This document shows, one piece after another, positions 62,037 to 64,000 of a stretch of DNA of 64,000 bases. Source of the stretch: Bacteroidota bacterium. Its GTDB lineage: Bacteria; Bacteroidota; Ignavibacteria; Kapaibacteriales; Kapaibacteriaceae. Position 1 is the stretch's first letter; each line of letters begins with the position of its first letter. The notes beneath the pieces are model-generated. The model worked only from the letters and a program-made list of their open reading frames with translations. It had not been told where the DNA came from and ran no database searches. Made by a program: the position numbers and the translations under genes. The DNA lies in assembly GCA_041170435.1 (NCBI GenBank), contig JBEAYU010000056.1:12272-76271 (forward strand). Reading direction: 5' to 3'.

Positions 62037-63380
62037 ATGACCATGACTTTGTTTCGACTTGTTGTATCCGTTCTCGTCTGTTCCGTGGTTGCCCAAGCGC
62101 AATACTGGGTTCAGACCACAGGGCCCTCTGCCCCGACCGTGTGCTTGGCTACCAACTCAAAGGGGCATGTCTTTGCAGGAACCGCATTCAGCAAGGTCTA
62201 TCGCACAACTGACGGTGGAGCGAACTGGGAAGCTTTTGAGAATGGCATCTTTGATGGCATGAACTTCACAACGATCGCCCAGATCCGTGTGGCCCCCAAT
62301 GATGTTCTGTATGCCGCTGTGTATGGCAGAGGGATCATGCGCTCAGATGACAATGGAGAGTCATGGAAGCCGCTGAACTTGAACATCAGCAACATTTCAC
62401 CGACGGGCAGATTTTTTGTCGACCTCAAGCCGCAACCATCCGGAAAGCTGATCGTGTTTGCCGCGTATGACGGTGGCCCGACGGCGATGTTCATGCGCAT
62501 CTCTGAGGATGGTGGAGAGACGTTCACAGAAGTATCTCGTTCGAACATCCCCACGCAGGCGTCGTCGATCTTTGGCGTGTTCACAACACCGAACTCTGAC
62601 AAGCTCTTTGTCCTGGTCAATTACAACAAGGGTTTGTATCGCACGACCGATCGTGGCGGAAGCTGGCGGCGGATCGATACCGATGCCTCCTCGGGAGAGA
62701 GCGACGATACATTCAAATCCGCTGCTTTCGACGACAAGGGTCATCTGTACGTTGGCCGCAATGCGCTCCCGGGATCGACGCGTACACCCAATGCTGTGGT
62801 CTTAAAGTCCACCAACGACGGAGAGTCGTGGTCATATCTCACCAATGGATGGGATAACCGAGACATCACGAACAATCGCATCAGCTCGATCTTCGTTGGC
62901 AAGGGTGGTCGCATCTGGGCCACACTTGAAAAGGCCTCAGGTCCATTCCTCAGCACGAATTACGGTGAGTCGTGGACGTTGGTAAAGGACGGCTTTGAAG
63001 GTGATGACGGCGCAGCATCGGCAGTGACGATCACACCCGGTGGCACAGAGTATGTTGCTCCGATCTCGGGCTTCGTGCTTCGTCACGGTGAGGTGACGTC
63101 GGTGGACGAGATCCCAATGACGTTGCAGGCATCAGCGTCTCCGAACCCTGCATCGGATCGTTTCCGTATCGACCTCGGGGTCAATCTCGCCGGTCGGGTG
63201 GATGTGGACCTCGTTGATGCCGCCGGACGTCAGGTGCTTCCAACGCACACTGCCCAGACCGATCCGGCGACGGTCACCACGCTGTGGCTCTCCACCAGTG
63301 ACCTGCCATCAGGCATGTATTCTGCTGTTGTGCGCTCGCGCAGCGGCATTCGGTCCATTCCGATCGCCGTCGTTCGCTGA
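62037..63380 (+). CDS. BNR/Asp-box repeat (sialidase/sortilin/Ycf48-like beta-propeller) protein with a T9SS C-terminal sorting domain
   Basis: Signal peptide. At least 6 SxDxGxxW Asp-box motifs (TDGGANW, SDDNGESW, SEDGGETF, TDRGGSW, TNDGESW, TNYGESW). The C-terminal ~85 aa is a Por_Secre_tail. Confidence 0.75.
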   Translation: MTMTLFRLVVSVLVCSVVAQAQYWVQTTGPSAPTVCLATNSKGHVFAGTAFSKVYRTTDGGANWEAFENGIFDGMNFTTIAQIRVAPNDVLYAAVYGRGIMRSDDNGESWKPLNLNISNISPTGRFFVDLKPQPSGKLIVFAAYDGGPTAMFMRISEDGGETFTEVSRSNIPTQASSIFGVFTTPNSDKLFVLVNYNKGLYRTTDRGGSWRRIDTDASSGESDDTFKSAAFDDKGHLYVGRNALPGSTRTPNAVVLKSTNDGESWSYLTNGWDNRDITNNRISSIFVGKGGRIWATLEKASGPFLSTNYGESWTLVKDGFEGDDGAASAVTITPGGTEYVAPISGFVLRHGEVTSVDEIPMTLQASASPNPASDRFRIDLGVNLAGRVDVDLVDAAGRQVLPTHTAQTDPATVTTLWLSTSDLPSGMYSAVVRSRSGIRSIPIAVVR

Positions 63381-63431
63381 TACATGTCCTTGATGGAGGG
63401 GGCATTGCGATACCGCGCTTGATTCAGCCGG

Positions 63432-63863
63432 TCACTGTCTGCGCAGATCCGTGATCTTCGTGATCCACCATTGCCCATCTTTTCTGAGCGTGCCGAACTG
63501 CATCTTTCGGATGTAGTCCAAAGTGATCGTCACCTCGTGGACGGATTCCGACACGGTGTCAATGCGCGTTTCCGAGATCGGGATGCTTGCCATGACTGAT
63601 CTCCATCGGACGAGGTCGTCTGCCAGCTCATACTTCTCGACGGCCAAAAGGGGGCGTCCAGAGCTGCTCACCATCAGTTCCGTGGCTGCCGTGGTATTGC
63701 CGCTGTCGATCTCTGCTTTGAATACATGCACCACACCCGCTGAGGAGCGCTGACTGCGCTCGATCACCGTCGTTCGACGAGGGGTCGTGCCAATCACGAA
63801 AAGCTCGCAGCCGGTGAGTGCAAGAGCAAGGACAGACATGACGAAGGTTCGGCGCAGAAGCAT
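63432..63863 (-). CDS. hypothetical lipoprotein
   Basis: Lipobox LALTGC near the N-terminus. 143 aa. No motif. Confidence 0.5.
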   Translation of the reverse strand: MLLRRTFVMSVLALALTGCELFVIGTTPRRTTVIERSQRSSAGVVHVFKAEIDSGNTTAATELMVSSSGRPLLAVEKYELADDLVRWRSVMASIPISETRIDTVSESVHEVTITLDYIRKMQFGTLRKDGQWWITKITDLRRQ

Positions 63864-63868
63864 GGTGT

Positions 63869-64000
63869 TTACTGGCGGAGTCTATCGATGATGTGCGAAA
63901 AGGCATCCATGAATCCGGGTGTGATCCGTTCCACGGGGTGGGTCATCCCAAACGTGTGTGTGGTGTTCTCGACGATCACCAGGTTCGCACCGCTCGGTGC
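63869..64000 (-). CDS. hypothetical protein, C-terminal 43 codons only; the gene starts beyond the right edge of the window
   Basis: Hand translation of the minus strand gives ...APSGANLVIVENTTHTFGMTHPVERITPGFMDAFSHIIDRLRQ* with the stop at ~63869-63871, 5 nt upstream of the lipoprotein start. Confidence 0.35.
   Translation of the reverse strand, partial: APSGANLVIVENTTHTFGMTHPVERITPGFMDAFSHIIDRLRQ

Overview
This is a GC-rich (~60%) chromosomal segment from a Bacteroidota/Chlorobi/Rhodothermaeota-like (FCB-group) bacterium. The lineage call rests on four large secreted proteins that all end in a type IX secretion (T9SS) C-terminal sorting domain. Most of the window is housekeeping: thyX, di-haem cytochrome c peroxidase, secA, iscS-like cysteine desulfurase, YceI, gdh/hppD/aminotransferase, asparaginase, alr, scpAB, lipA, RNase P RNA (rnpB, not in the ORF track), Nif3 with a COG1579 zinc-ribbon protein, tsaA-metH-purN, kpsF, RodZ-like, purM, recQ and mpl. 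The best candidate for an undescribed system is a translationally coupled 9-gene operon at 3330-11575 followed on the same strand by a three-component ABC/HlyD exporter (11606-15851). It combines an HP-motif GT-B glycosyltransferase, a CMP-sugar-type cytidylyltransferase, a split transketolase (N and C subunits), a glutamate-1-semialdehyde-type class III aminotransferase, an SDR, a truncated NeuB-family synthase, a sterol-desaturase-family hydroxylase and an LpxH-like metallophosphoesterase. I cannot assign this combination to any characterised sialic, legionaminic, pseudaminic or Kdo pathway. It most plausibly builds and exports a novel CMP-activated ulosonic-acid-type sugar, possibly on a lipid. 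I found no CRISPR array, transposase, integrase or tRNA. Many listed ORFs are antisense or overlap artefacts. Caveat: at about 49441-49500 my nucleotide-level reading did not reproduce the ORF-track protein, so start codons I refined by hand (as opposed to ORF-track arithmetic) and the rnpB ends may be off by a few nucleotides.
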